A stretch of 40,335 nucleotides of DNA, from the NCBI RefSeq assembly GCF_001194135.2, contig NC_068986.1, forward strand, positions 11,970,375 through 12,010,709, in the 5' to 3' direction. Below are positions 1-10,700 of this stretch, piece after piece; within the stretch, counting starts at the first letter, position 1; the number at the start of each line of letters is the position of its first letter. The translations under genes were made by a program, and so were the position numbers. The DNA comes from Octopus bimaculoides. Taxonomy: Eukaryota. The notes beneath the pieces were generated by a model that was given only the letters and a program-made list of their open reading frames with translations, was not told the origin of the DNA and searched no databases.

Positions 1-39
<39 letters not shown>
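1..39. repeat. (TA)n microsatellite
   Basis: Pure TA dinucleotide run at the window start. Confidence 0.98.
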
Positions 40-41
<2 letters not shown>

Positions 42-100
42 TCAGTTGTTTGTATAGCCGAAGAAGAAACATACCCTAAAGCATTAGAGAAGTAATATAA

Positions 101-280
101 TATTAAGGAAGTTAAAAGTTATGACCGGTCATAGTGTGACAGTTGGTTTCGAGCCTGTAAAGCGCTTAATAGTACAGACGACTCGTCAATGCGCCTTCAG
201 CCATTTCAGTCTGACGAGTCACCTTGGTGCGAAATCAATGGTCACTCTATGACTGGCCATAGCTTTTACATTCCTAAATA
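101..280. mobile_element. Fold-back/MITE-like element with ~50-bp imperfect inverted ends
   Basis: 101-151 (tattaaggaagttaaaagttatgaccggtcatagtgtgacagttggtttcg) is an imperfect reverse complement of 230-280. There is an inner inverted pair gactcgtca (180-188) / tgacgagtc (212-220). The element begins and ends with TA. Confidence 0.8.
200..257 (+). ncRNA. Type I hammerhead-ribozyme-like motif
   Basis: CUGACGA (211-217), stem II G-u-CAC[cuug]GUG-C, GAAA (231-234), short stem III AUC[aau]GGU, GUC triplet (241-243). Stem I is AGU/ACU plus a distal GCCA/UGGC pair. Confidence 0.5.
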
Positions 281-456
281 ACACACACACATACACACAC
301 ACAGAGGCGCACACATAGACGCACACACAGGCGCACACACACACATGGTAATCCTGATTTCCAGCTTAACGTGGAAATTATGTTTTCACACAGAATACAA
401 TGTTATTTACGTTGAGAGAATCTCTAATAAGGACTTGTGCTGTACAAAAAAAAAAA

Positions 457-648
457 CACTCTTAATAATATCATTGACAGACGAGACCCATCTGCTACGG
501 TCACCGGAACAGCTACATCACGAGATATCACCCTTCTATGGCTTCCTCAATGACAGATGTTTGGCAGCGGCATAATAGCTGATTGTCTCATCAAAGATAT
601 ACAAACGTAACAGACGAGTCTTGTCTGTCAACGATATAATTACGAGTG
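457..648. mobile_element. Fold-back/MITE-like element with ~43-bp imperfect inverted ends
   Basis: cactcttaataatatcattgacagacgagacccatctgctacg (457-499) pairs with cgtaacagacgagtcttgtctgtcaacgatataattacgagtg (606-648). Confidence 0.8.
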
Positions 649-797
649 CTTTGATGCGCCACAGGCCCTTGTGCGAGATCCTCTCTCAAGATACACAGCG
701 TAGTATTTTGTATACTAACGCAACCTCCACGTTATGTTGGAGATCGAGTTTACCTTTTGGTATTAATATTGCTCCTATCACTATTATATATATATAT

Positions 798-1057
798 TCG
801 TTTCGAGCTGGCTATACGACACAATAGCTGTGACCTTATATTTTCGAACAGGTAGTTCAGCGCTCTCACTTTGAAAACTGTATATTCAAACGGTGAATTC
901 AGCAACGCCACCTAGTTAAGCAGCTACACTGTGTTGATAAAAAGCAATAACCCAGAAACCGGTCCACAGATGTTGTTTAGTGCTAGATGGGAGTGCTGAA
1001 CCCCCTCTTCGAAAATATAAGTACACAGATATTGTGTCGTATAGCCAGCAGAAAACG
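798..1057. mobile_element. Fold-back/MITE-like element with ~70-bp imperfect inverted ends
   Basis: 798-868 (cgtttcgagctggctatacgacacaatagctgtgaccttatattttcgaacagg...) is an imperfect reverse complement of 990-1057. Confidence 0.8.
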
Positions 1058-2052
1058 ATGTTTCCATGGGCTAAACAACAATAACAATCGTCCTATCCAG
1101 GACAGCCACATTATATTTGCAAATAGCCCTTATTTTATACATACATACATACATACATACATACATACATGCCCGAAATTGCAAGGATAATCTGGATCTC
1201 GACTGAAGAGAGAAAATTCCGAATGACCTGTCCGTGTTTTCTTTGTGTCGTCTATCTGGATGTTTTGTCCTCTTCTTGTATCACCTAACTGTCTGGATGT
1301 TTTGCGCCCTTGTTCCATTCTGTATTATATATATATATATACATGAATATGTAAGTATACGTATGCATATCGGATCACTGTTGCTTAGACGATGTATGTT
1401 CATAGCCCACGCGGTTCACCGGCGGAAGAGGACTTTAAATAAACGAATAAATTNNNNNNNNNNNNNNNNNNNNNNNNNNNNNNNNNNNNNNNNNNNNNNN
1501 NNNNNNNNNNNNNNNNNNNNNNNNNNNNNNNNNNNNNNNNNNNNNNNNNNNNNNNNNNNNNNNNNNNNNNNNNNNNNNNNNNNNNNNNNNNNNNNNNNNN
1601 NNAAGCAAAACAAAAATAACATTAGAAAATTACGTGTAGAGTTCATATCTCTGGTGGTTTGCAACACAGACATTTGCTCGAAACAATGAAAAATTAGAAA
1701 ATATATTCATTCCTTTTTACTCCTTCCAAAATCTGTTGAAAGTCTACAAGCTATTTTCAGAATCCTTATCAACCTTCTCTCGTTATGTAATTCTGAGCAA
1801 TTCAATAAATTGTTAAGAAAGGTTTCTTTATTCTTAAACGAAGTGTTTCTGTGTTTTTATATACGTATCTTCTGCTAACAGCTGTTGTTTAGCTGCGAAG
1901 ATAAAATGGTAACTTCAGTACGTTTTATTTAACTTCTTTATTTTTTCCCATCTTGTATTTGTGATTAATCAATGCACGTCTGTCTACATGGTGTGTTTTA
2001 TTTGGTGTGATGATGTTTACTTGTACGTAATAAGGCCAGAATGTGCATCTCT

Positions 2053-3230
2053 CTATGTCTCTATGTCCATTACGTACGTATAGACATAAATATATACATA
2101 CACACTCACACTAGTACATATACTTACACATACATACATGCATACATACATGCATACATGCATACATACATACATACATACATACATACAAACGTACATA
2201 ATTAGATACATATATAACACACATCTATATGCAGACATACATAAATAAGTAGATACGTACATACATAGAGACATAAGACGCATACATACATGCACACACA
2301 CATACATACATGCACACACACATACATACATACATACATACATGCAAACGTACATGTATACATACATACACACAGAGATACATACATACAAATTAGCATA
2401 CATACATACATATATNNNNNNNNNNNNNNNNNNNNNNNNNNNNNNNNNNNNNNNNNNNNNNNNNNNNNNNNNNNNNNNNNNNNNNNNNNNNNNNNNNNNN
2501 NNNNNNNNNNNNNNNNNNNNNNNNNNNNNNNNNNNNNNNNNNNNNNNNNNNNNNNNNNNNNNNNNNNNNNNNNNNNNNNNNNNNNNNNNNNNNNNNNNNN
2601 NNNNNNNNNNNNNNNNNNNNNNNNNNNNNNNNNNNNNNNNNNNNNNNNNNNNNNNNNNNNNNNNNNNNNNNNNNNNNNNNNNNNNNNNNNNNNNNNNNNN
2701 NNNNNNNNNNNNNNNNNNNNNNNNNNNNNNNNNNNNNNNNNNNNNNNNNNNNNNNNNNNNNNNNNNNNNNNNNNNNNNNNNNNNNNNNNNNNNNNNNNNN
2801 NNNNNNNNNNNNNNNNNNNNNNNNNNNNNNNNNNNNNNNNNNNNNNNNNNNNNNNNNNNNNNNNNNNNNNNNNNNNNNNNNNNNNNNNNNNNNNNNNNNN
2901 NNNNNNNNNNNNNNNNNNNNNNNNNNNNNNNNNNNNNNNNNNNNNNNNNNNNNNNNNNNNNNNNNNNNNNNNNNNNNNNNNNNNNNNNNNNNNNNNNNNN
3001 NNNNNNNNNNNNNNNNNNNNNNNNNNNNNNNNNNNNNNNNNNNNNNNNNNNNNNNNNNNNNNNNNNNNNNNNNNNNTGTGTGTGTTTGTGTGTGTGTGTG
3101 TGTGCGTATGTATATATATATTTATGCATATATATACATATATATATACGTATATATATATATGCATATATATGCATACAAATATGTGTGTGTGTGCGTT
3201 TGTGTGTGCATGAGTGCGTGTGTGTTTGTA
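2053..3230. repeat. Compound (CATA)n/(TG)n/(TA)n microsatellite spanning gap 2416-3076
   Basis: Simple repeats are visible on both sides of the N run. Confidence 0.9.
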
Positions 3231-3517
3231 TCTCTTCAGAAATGTAATATATGTACAGATTCTAAGAACTCATTCTATAAAATTCTTGCAGAATTTTTTC
3301 TTAGCCATATCAACATTCTCTTATCAAGAAACATTTCCTTGGAAATACGAAGGCCGTATCTGTTTAAGATGCTCCTTTTTTTCTTTACGAATCTGAAAAT
3401 ATTTATATGTATTTCGAGCCAATTTTATAATTACAAAAGGCAATTTTTTTTGTAAGAACGAAGTGGAATGATTTGAACAGGCTCCAGAATAAGTATGACA
3501 TTTTCTCAAATACTGAC

Positions 3518-3625
3518 CTTATTCTAAGAAGCAGGGATCTGGGAAACATTATCATTGAAGGAAAAGTAAACGGTAGTTGATCAACAGAGAGGTGTAGAAC
3601 GTAATGGCTGGACAATATCAAGTGC
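3518..3625 (+). pseudogene. Degenerate RTE-clade LINE C-terminal fragment
   Basis: Translates LILRSRDLGNIIIEGKVNGS*STERCRT*WLDNIK, resembling the RTE-type motif GHILR...IIEGKVEGKRxRGRPRxRWLDNIK. It contains two stops. Confidence 0.55.
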
Positions 3626-4003
3626 TACTTGGACAAAAGTAGCCATGCAGCTTTAGCAACATCAAACATTAAAAGAAAAGAAAATAAGAGGTGATGAGGA
3701 CATTTATAATGAAATTTTTTATGACGAATTTGTCTACAGCAAAAATGTTTACAGTGAAATTTCCTGTAGCCATTTTATCACGTCTTATCCAGAAGTAAGA
3801 TACAAATGAGGAGCGTTTTCTTCAGCGAAGTTCGAAGTTGGAAATATATCAAAATAAAGTATATCTGTCCTCACTTATCACGGGTGTTTGGTCCCTTACG
3901 AGAATGAAAGAATAATGAGGCTTCCAAGGTTCACAGACAACAGCTATATCAAGTATACATCCCCAGCATCAGCTGCCTAACGGATATCATAATGGTTTTG
4001 ACA

Positions 4004-4045
<42 letters not shown>

Positions 4046-4048
<3 letters not shown>

Positions 4049-4245
4049 AGAATTCACAAAAAAACAACAGATGAAGACAGGTGGTGTAGAAAACAAACAT
4101 ATGTATTAGTATAACGCTTGGGAATTGAAAAAGTCTTTAACGTTTCGATCCTACGCTCTTCCACAGAAAGGAACACAGAAAGAAACAAGGAGAGAAACAA
4201 GGAGAGAAAAAAATGTGTGTAGTGGTTAGCGATCTATCATGGCGA
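4046..4245. mobile_element. Non-autonomous interspersed repeat abutting (TA)n and truncating the Tc1 5' end
   Basis: Begins gggagaattcac directly after (TA)n and has an internal aaacaaggagag duplication. The minus strand carries gaagagcgtaggatcgaaacgtt, reminiscent of Penelope-type termini. Family recognition is from memory of octopus repeats. Confidence 0.5.
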
Positions 4246-4259
4246 ATGCGATATATTAT

Positions 4260-5392
4260 ATTGTTGGTGCTCGTATGGAAGGTGCTAGCGTAACGAAAAC
4301 AGCCGAAATGTTTGGTGTATCAAGAAGTACTGTCTCGAAAGTAATGACAGCCTTTGAGAAAGAGGGAAAAAACCTGCTCGTCGAAACAAAACTCCGGAAG
4401 AAAACCAAAACTTTCAGATAGGGACTGTCGAACTCTTACGCGAATTGTTAGAAAGGACCACAAAAGTAAAGCTCTCAAAGTTACTGCAGAGCTTAATAAC
4501 CACTTCGAGAACCCAGTTTCCACAAAAAACTGTTCGCCTGGAGCTGCACAAAGCCGGATTTCACGGGAGGGCTGAAATCAGAAAACCACTACTTTCAAAA
4601 ACAAACGTTACAAAGCGTTTAGAGTGGAGTAAAAACCTACAGAATTGGTCCCTAGAGCAGNNNNNNNNNNNNNNNNNNNNNNNNNNNNNNNNNNNNNNNN
4701 NNNNNNNNNNNNNNNNNNNNNNNNNNNNNNNNNNNNNNNNNNNNNNNNNNNNNNNNNNNNNNNNNNNNNNNNNNNNNNNNNNNNNNNNNNNNNNNNNNNN
4801 NNNNNNNNNNNNNNNNNNNNNNNNNNNNNNNNNNNNNNNNNNNNNNNNNNNNNNNNNNNNNNNNNNNNNNNNNNNNNNNNNNNNNNNNNNNNNNNNNNNN
4901 NNNNNNNNNNGCTATATTTTGGAATTCGCCGGGCCAATGGTTTCCCTTCATGGCAGAATTAATAGCCTTTTATCTGATCAAATTCATCCTATGGTTGCGG
5001 AACTGTTTCCGGAGGAAACGCAATCTTTCAGGATGATAATGCACCAATTCACACAGCTAAAGTTGTTACTGAATGGCACAAGGAACATTCTAGTGAAGTT
5101 GAACATCTTATTTGGCCACTACAATCCTCAGATCTCAATATTATTGAACATTTATGGTGCATTTTAGAAAAACAAGCAAGGAGTCGATATCCTCCACCAT
5201 CATCACTACAAGAACTGGAGACTGCTTTAGCTGAAGAATGGACAAAAGTTCCTTTGGAAACAGTTTAAACTTTGTACGAGTTCATACCTCGTAGAATTTA
5301 AGCTGTAATTACTGCCAAAGGCGGTCCTACCCCATATTAAAATAAATTTGTTTGAAATTTTAAGGTTTTTCCATTATTTTGTCCAATCCCTG
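4260..5392 (+). mobile_element. Tc1-like transposon fossil with DD36E catalytic spacing (Incomer-like), 5'-truncated and frameshifted
   Basis: N-terminal IVGARMEGASVTKTAEMFGVSRSTVSKVM... HTH region; catalytic region FQDDNAPIH...WPLQSSDLNIIEHLW; C-terminal AVITAKGGPTPY* (stop ends 5340); right TIR ...ccattattttgtccaatccctg followed by TA. Gap at 4661-4910. Confidence 0.92.
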
Positions 5393-5547
5393 TATATATA
5401 AATATTTGAACTTCTGGGTATATGTCCAGTAGTATGCTGATTGAAGTACTTTCGCCATTTAGGCTACCCTGATGTCATCCACGGTTATGATATAATTGTC
5501 ACTGGATCTACGTCAGGAATTCTGTAGGGTTTTGTTGAGTTTATAAA

Positions 5548-5851
5548 GAATGAGGGAAACAGAAAATGGAGTTTGCAAGAATCTCTATTCAACACAACGA
5601 TCGTTTCGACCCATCCTGCATCCGTTCCTTACGGGTGGGATATTGTACAACTAGTTGTGTTGCATCCATCAGTGCAGGCTGCATCTCTTCAGGTGTCTCG
5701 TTTCAAATAAGATACTTCGCTACATATACTGAGTTTCGCTTGGCATGTTGTGGTCACAACTAGCTGTACAATATCCCAGCCGTAAGGCACAGATGCAGGA
5801 TGGGTCGGAACTAAAAATTCTTTCTAACTCCATGTTCCGTTTCCTTTATTC
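5548..5851. mobile_element. Fold-back element with long inverted arms
   Basis: 5603-5659 pairs with 5755-5811 (57 bp, few mismatches). Outer arms 5548-5588 and ~5812-5851 also pair imperfectly. Confidence 0.85.
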
Positions 5852-6643
5852 ATTATATATATATTGTATTCCGGGATGGTAATTTTTTTTTNNNNNNNNN
5901 NATATATATATATATATAACGTGAGAGAGTTAGTGGTTGGGGGTTCAACCCACTAAGGGATAGTATCTATCCAGTATACTGCTGGGAGGGTACCCAATTA
6001 TTGCTACACTAGTGCTATACTAGGTGCAATCAATGGGAGCGGGTAAAAGTGGAGATTTTACCCAAAATTTGTATAACAATTAGAAAATATGGATGTATAC
6101 GCGCGCGCACACATACACACATATAATTATGATAAACAAACTGAAATGATAAGACATTTTACCACCAAGCATTTGAACTCTGAACATAAATATGATGTAG
6201 CAGAATACCGCATTACAGAGTTTCTTCCGCTCCCCATTACATTGACAAACATGAAACAGCACAATAAGTATTAATAATGAATATCTAACAACGCCATTGC
6301 TGATCTGTGTTGTATTGACTCGATAAGTGAGGTAGTGTTACATAGCACAATGTGTAATGAAAGCCAATGACAGAATGAAAGCGTTATGATGTAATTTTGT
6401 TGGCAATGGCCCGAGATATTTGATCGGAAATGGTGCAGCAGGACAGGAAACACGAAAGCAAATGTAATCTGTTTCATTTCTTTCACGCCACGCCCCTCTC
6501 GCTCTCTCTCTTTCTCTTTCCTTGTATATACACACATATACATATCTACGTATATGCACATATGCCTATATATATAGATAAATACATATATATATATATG
6601 TATGTGAGCACATACACACATACATACACACAAGCATTCACAC

Positions 6644-6675
<32 letters not shown>

Positions 6676-7277
6676 ATGTATGTGTGTGTGTATTTATATA
6701 TATCAATAATAAAAGGGTAAAATTAATTAATTAATTAATCAATTAATTAATTAATAATTAATAATTTTGCCAAGTAGATCGGAACGTTAAAATAACCTTT
6801 TTTGGTAAAATTATGCAAATATTCTAATTCTAATTATGTTTATAATTATAGAATATTTGCGTGTATATATATANNNNNNNNNNNNNNNNNNNNNNNNNNN
6901 NNNNNNNNNNNNNNNNNNNNNNNNNNNNNNNNNNNNNNNNNNNNNNNNNNNNNNNNNNNNNNNNNNNNNNNNNNNNNNNNNNNNNNNNNNNNNNNNNNNN
7001 NNNNNNNNNNNNNNNNNNNNNNNNNNNNNNNNNNNNNNNNNNNNNNNNNNNNNNNNNNNNNNNNNNNNNNNNNNNNNNNNNNNNNNNNNNNNNNNNNNNN
7101 NNNNNNNNNNNNNNNNNNNNNNNNNNNNNNNNNNNNNNNNNNNNNNNNNNNNNNNNNNNNNNNNNNNNNNNNNNNNNNNNNNNNNNNNNNNNNNNNNNNN
7201 NNNNNNNNNNNNNNNNNNNNNNNNNNNNNNNNNNNNNNNNNNNNNNNNNNNNNNNNNNNNNNNNNNNNNNNNNNNNN

Positions 7278-7835
<558 letters not shown>

Positions 7836-8791
7836 TTCACACACACATATGCATACGTACACACACTCAGGTCATCACGAATTTAAGATGGCGGCTTCTA
7901 AAGATATTCTATTTTGGCGATCTGCTAGTTGATTCTCGTAGAGAATTATCTTCTGTGATTACTAAAATCCAAAAGATTCCTCCTTGGGATGCAGATTTCG
8001 AAAACCAAACCCGTTTCTCTCTTGGCTGCACCGTTTCGGAGCCTTTCGGTGACGTACGCAAATACACACACACTTACACTCTCATTTCTATAGTAGATAT
8101 ATCTGTACGCATAAACACATAAGTATGTATATAGACATACGTATCAATGCTTGCATACATTCTTACTTATGCACATACACATACAAGCACACACACACAC
8201 ACACACATACACACATACACACACACATACATAGATACATACACGCACACATACTCATGCATGGATGAATAGATAGACAGACAGACAGATAGATAAATAA
8301 AGATAGATAGAAAGATAGATAAGCAGATAGATAGATAAATAAATAGATAGATAGATAGATAGATAGATAGATTGATTGATATACGTGATTATGTGCATAT
8401 ACACATTGTGGTCCAGAAGACATCTTAGTGCCAAATCCGAAGCAAATCTCTTCTAAAGAACTCCCTAAATATTGAAGAGAAATTAAGGGGTGTTTCAGAG
8501 TTCTGACAATTGTTCAAGCATGAGTAAACTTTACCGAGAAGCGAGTCGTGTTAGACATTGTTCATCATCAGGCGGGCCGCATAACTAAAAAAATTCAAGG
8601 TAATTTATCGTTAGGTGTGCCATTCAGGAAGTCTTGCGGGCTGCAGGCTGCTCATGTTTGCTCTTGTCTGTGAAACTAAAGTAAAACCTCAGAGAAAAAC
8701 AAGGATTATTCCATTGAAACAGATATGGTAAATAGCTTATTATTCCAGGTTTATACAGGATTTCAGCAAATTAGCCTTTCTTTTCTCTTCA

Positions 8792-9052
8792 ACCGGTGAT
8801 TACAGGTATGTTCACCGCCATTAGTTCACCGCCATTAGTTCACCGTGAAGAAAGTTCACGGCGTGAAAAATTTGCCGAGAAAATATATCTATAAAATCTC
8901 ACCATTAATAGTTAAAAACTATTTTATTAAAGAAAACAAAAACCAGACAAAAAATGCCAATGAATTGATGACAGAGAACTTTTCTTGCGGTTATGACACT
9001 TGTTCAAGCATGAGTAAACGTTACGGTGAACTCACTGGACATGTCAACCGGT
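8792..9052. mobile_element. Putative MITE with ACCGGT ends and subterminal GTTCACCG repeats
   Basis: accggt at 8792-8797 and 9047-9052. gttcaccg occurs at 8810, 8824 and 8838 (14-bp tandem unit), with the inverted copy cggtgaac at 9024-9031. Confidence 0.45.
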
Positions 9053-9923
9053 ATTTAAAGGCAGAGATGTTTGGGGAGTTAACTTCTTATTGCTGTGATA
9101 AGGTCAGGACTCGTCAAAGTTCTTATATCAGTGATTGCTTCATGGAATCGTCGATAACTGATTGACCTTCATCATGCAAATTTCTAAAATAAAATTAAAA
9201 GGTATAATTAATAAAAACTTATTGATTTTAAAAAGCAATAATTCCATAGTTCTTTTGTATCATTACCTCAATTTATTAAGAAATATTTAAAGAGGAAATT
9301 TAATGAAAATATTTAATGGAATTGTAGTCCTGTTAGATTGATATAGTCAGAATATTTAATGAGAAATTTGTGTCTGTTGAATACTAATTAATATTGCATT
9401 GATATTTGGGTAGAAATTAAAGAGTTTTAGACTTAGTTTACTGCCCCTCTCGGATTCAAGACCCTTAATGCTCAAAATTGTTTCAGGTGTTCATTGATCC
9501 CAGGGGTCAATATGGACCACTTTACTGGCCCCTAGGTTAGCCAGTAGACCTTATTCAACGCTATACTGAATAAAAGATGTTAAATTGGTCATAAATTAGA
9601 ATCAGACGCTAATACTTCCGAAGCAAATTCGTGACTCCTAAAGCGCTCAGTTAATTTAATATGAAATTCATTAATTTAATATATTCACAAAGACAAAAAG
9701 CAACATACTCACATCCATAGAGGTTAAGTACGTGAACACATCAAAAGCGTATGAGCGTAACGTTATAATATATTTATCTTTCACATTTTCTCTTCCACTT
9801 GCCCTTCATACAGTGCCACATCTCTTGTCTTGCCACCACACCTAATGTTCATTCACATTACTCAACCTATGAAAGGGACACCCTACTAAAGACTATATAA
9901 AGCTTGAGAAACCAAAGTAAACT

Positions 9924-9967
9924 ACAGTCTAATGACGGTCTGTAAACCGAAACTTCGAAGTCATTGT
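9924..9967 (+). ncRNA. Minimal type I hammerhead-ribozyme-like motif (Penelope-like terminus), one core substitution
   Basis: Stem I ACAGU/AUUGU; core CUAAUGA (G5 to A); stem II GGU[cuguaa]ACC; GAAAC; palindromic ACUUCGAAGU stem III; GUC triplet at 9960-9962. TATATAAA lies about 30 nt upstream. Confidence 0.6.
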
Positions 9968-10007
9968 CGAACTTTGCCTTGTTAAAATAGTTTATAAAAT
10001 TATTTCT

Positions 10008-10014
10008 GTGTCTT

Positions 10015-10057
<43 letters not shown>

Positions 10058-10235
10058 GTCTGTCTGTCTGCCTGTCTGCTTGCACGTCTGTCTGTCTGTC
10101 TGTTTGTCTGTCTGTGTGTCTATATGGCCCTCTGCCTGTCTGCTTGTTTGTCTGCCTGTCTGTCTGCCTGTGTGTCTGTATGTCTGTCTGTGTGTCTGTC
10201 TGTATGTATGTCTGTATGTCTGTATGTCTGTCTAC
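10008..10235. repeat. (TCTA)n/(TCTG)n compound microsatellite
   Basis: Direct inspection. Confidence 0.95.
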
Positions 10236-10519
10236 TAGTTGTTTAGATACTAATTTGTCCGTAATAATATGAACTGAAAGAAAAAAATGAAAGAGAGAAA
10301 AAAAAAAAACATTCCCCCATGCTTCCCGTTTTTCTTCCTTACACAAAAGACGACTAGACCAGTCACGAGACTTTTTATACCGAGAACTAAGGAAATTTAG
10401 ACACTATACAAATACAGTTTATATTATCTGCGTGGTGATGTCGTGACGGGTCCGGCGTAGAGAAAATAATCAAAATAACACGACAATCACAAGTATGTGT
10501 ATAGTCTATTCGTTTTTAG

Positions 10520-10700
<181 letters not shown>

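Noticed and set aside
906-917. CTCF-like cgccacctagtt
   Set aside because: The two terminal core positions mismatch and it lies inside a fold-back element.
10352-10379. Minus-strand TATAAAAAG with an Inr-like CTAGTC
   Set aside because: Spacing (~24 nt) is short, such motifs are common in AT-rich DNA, and no downstream gene is visible.
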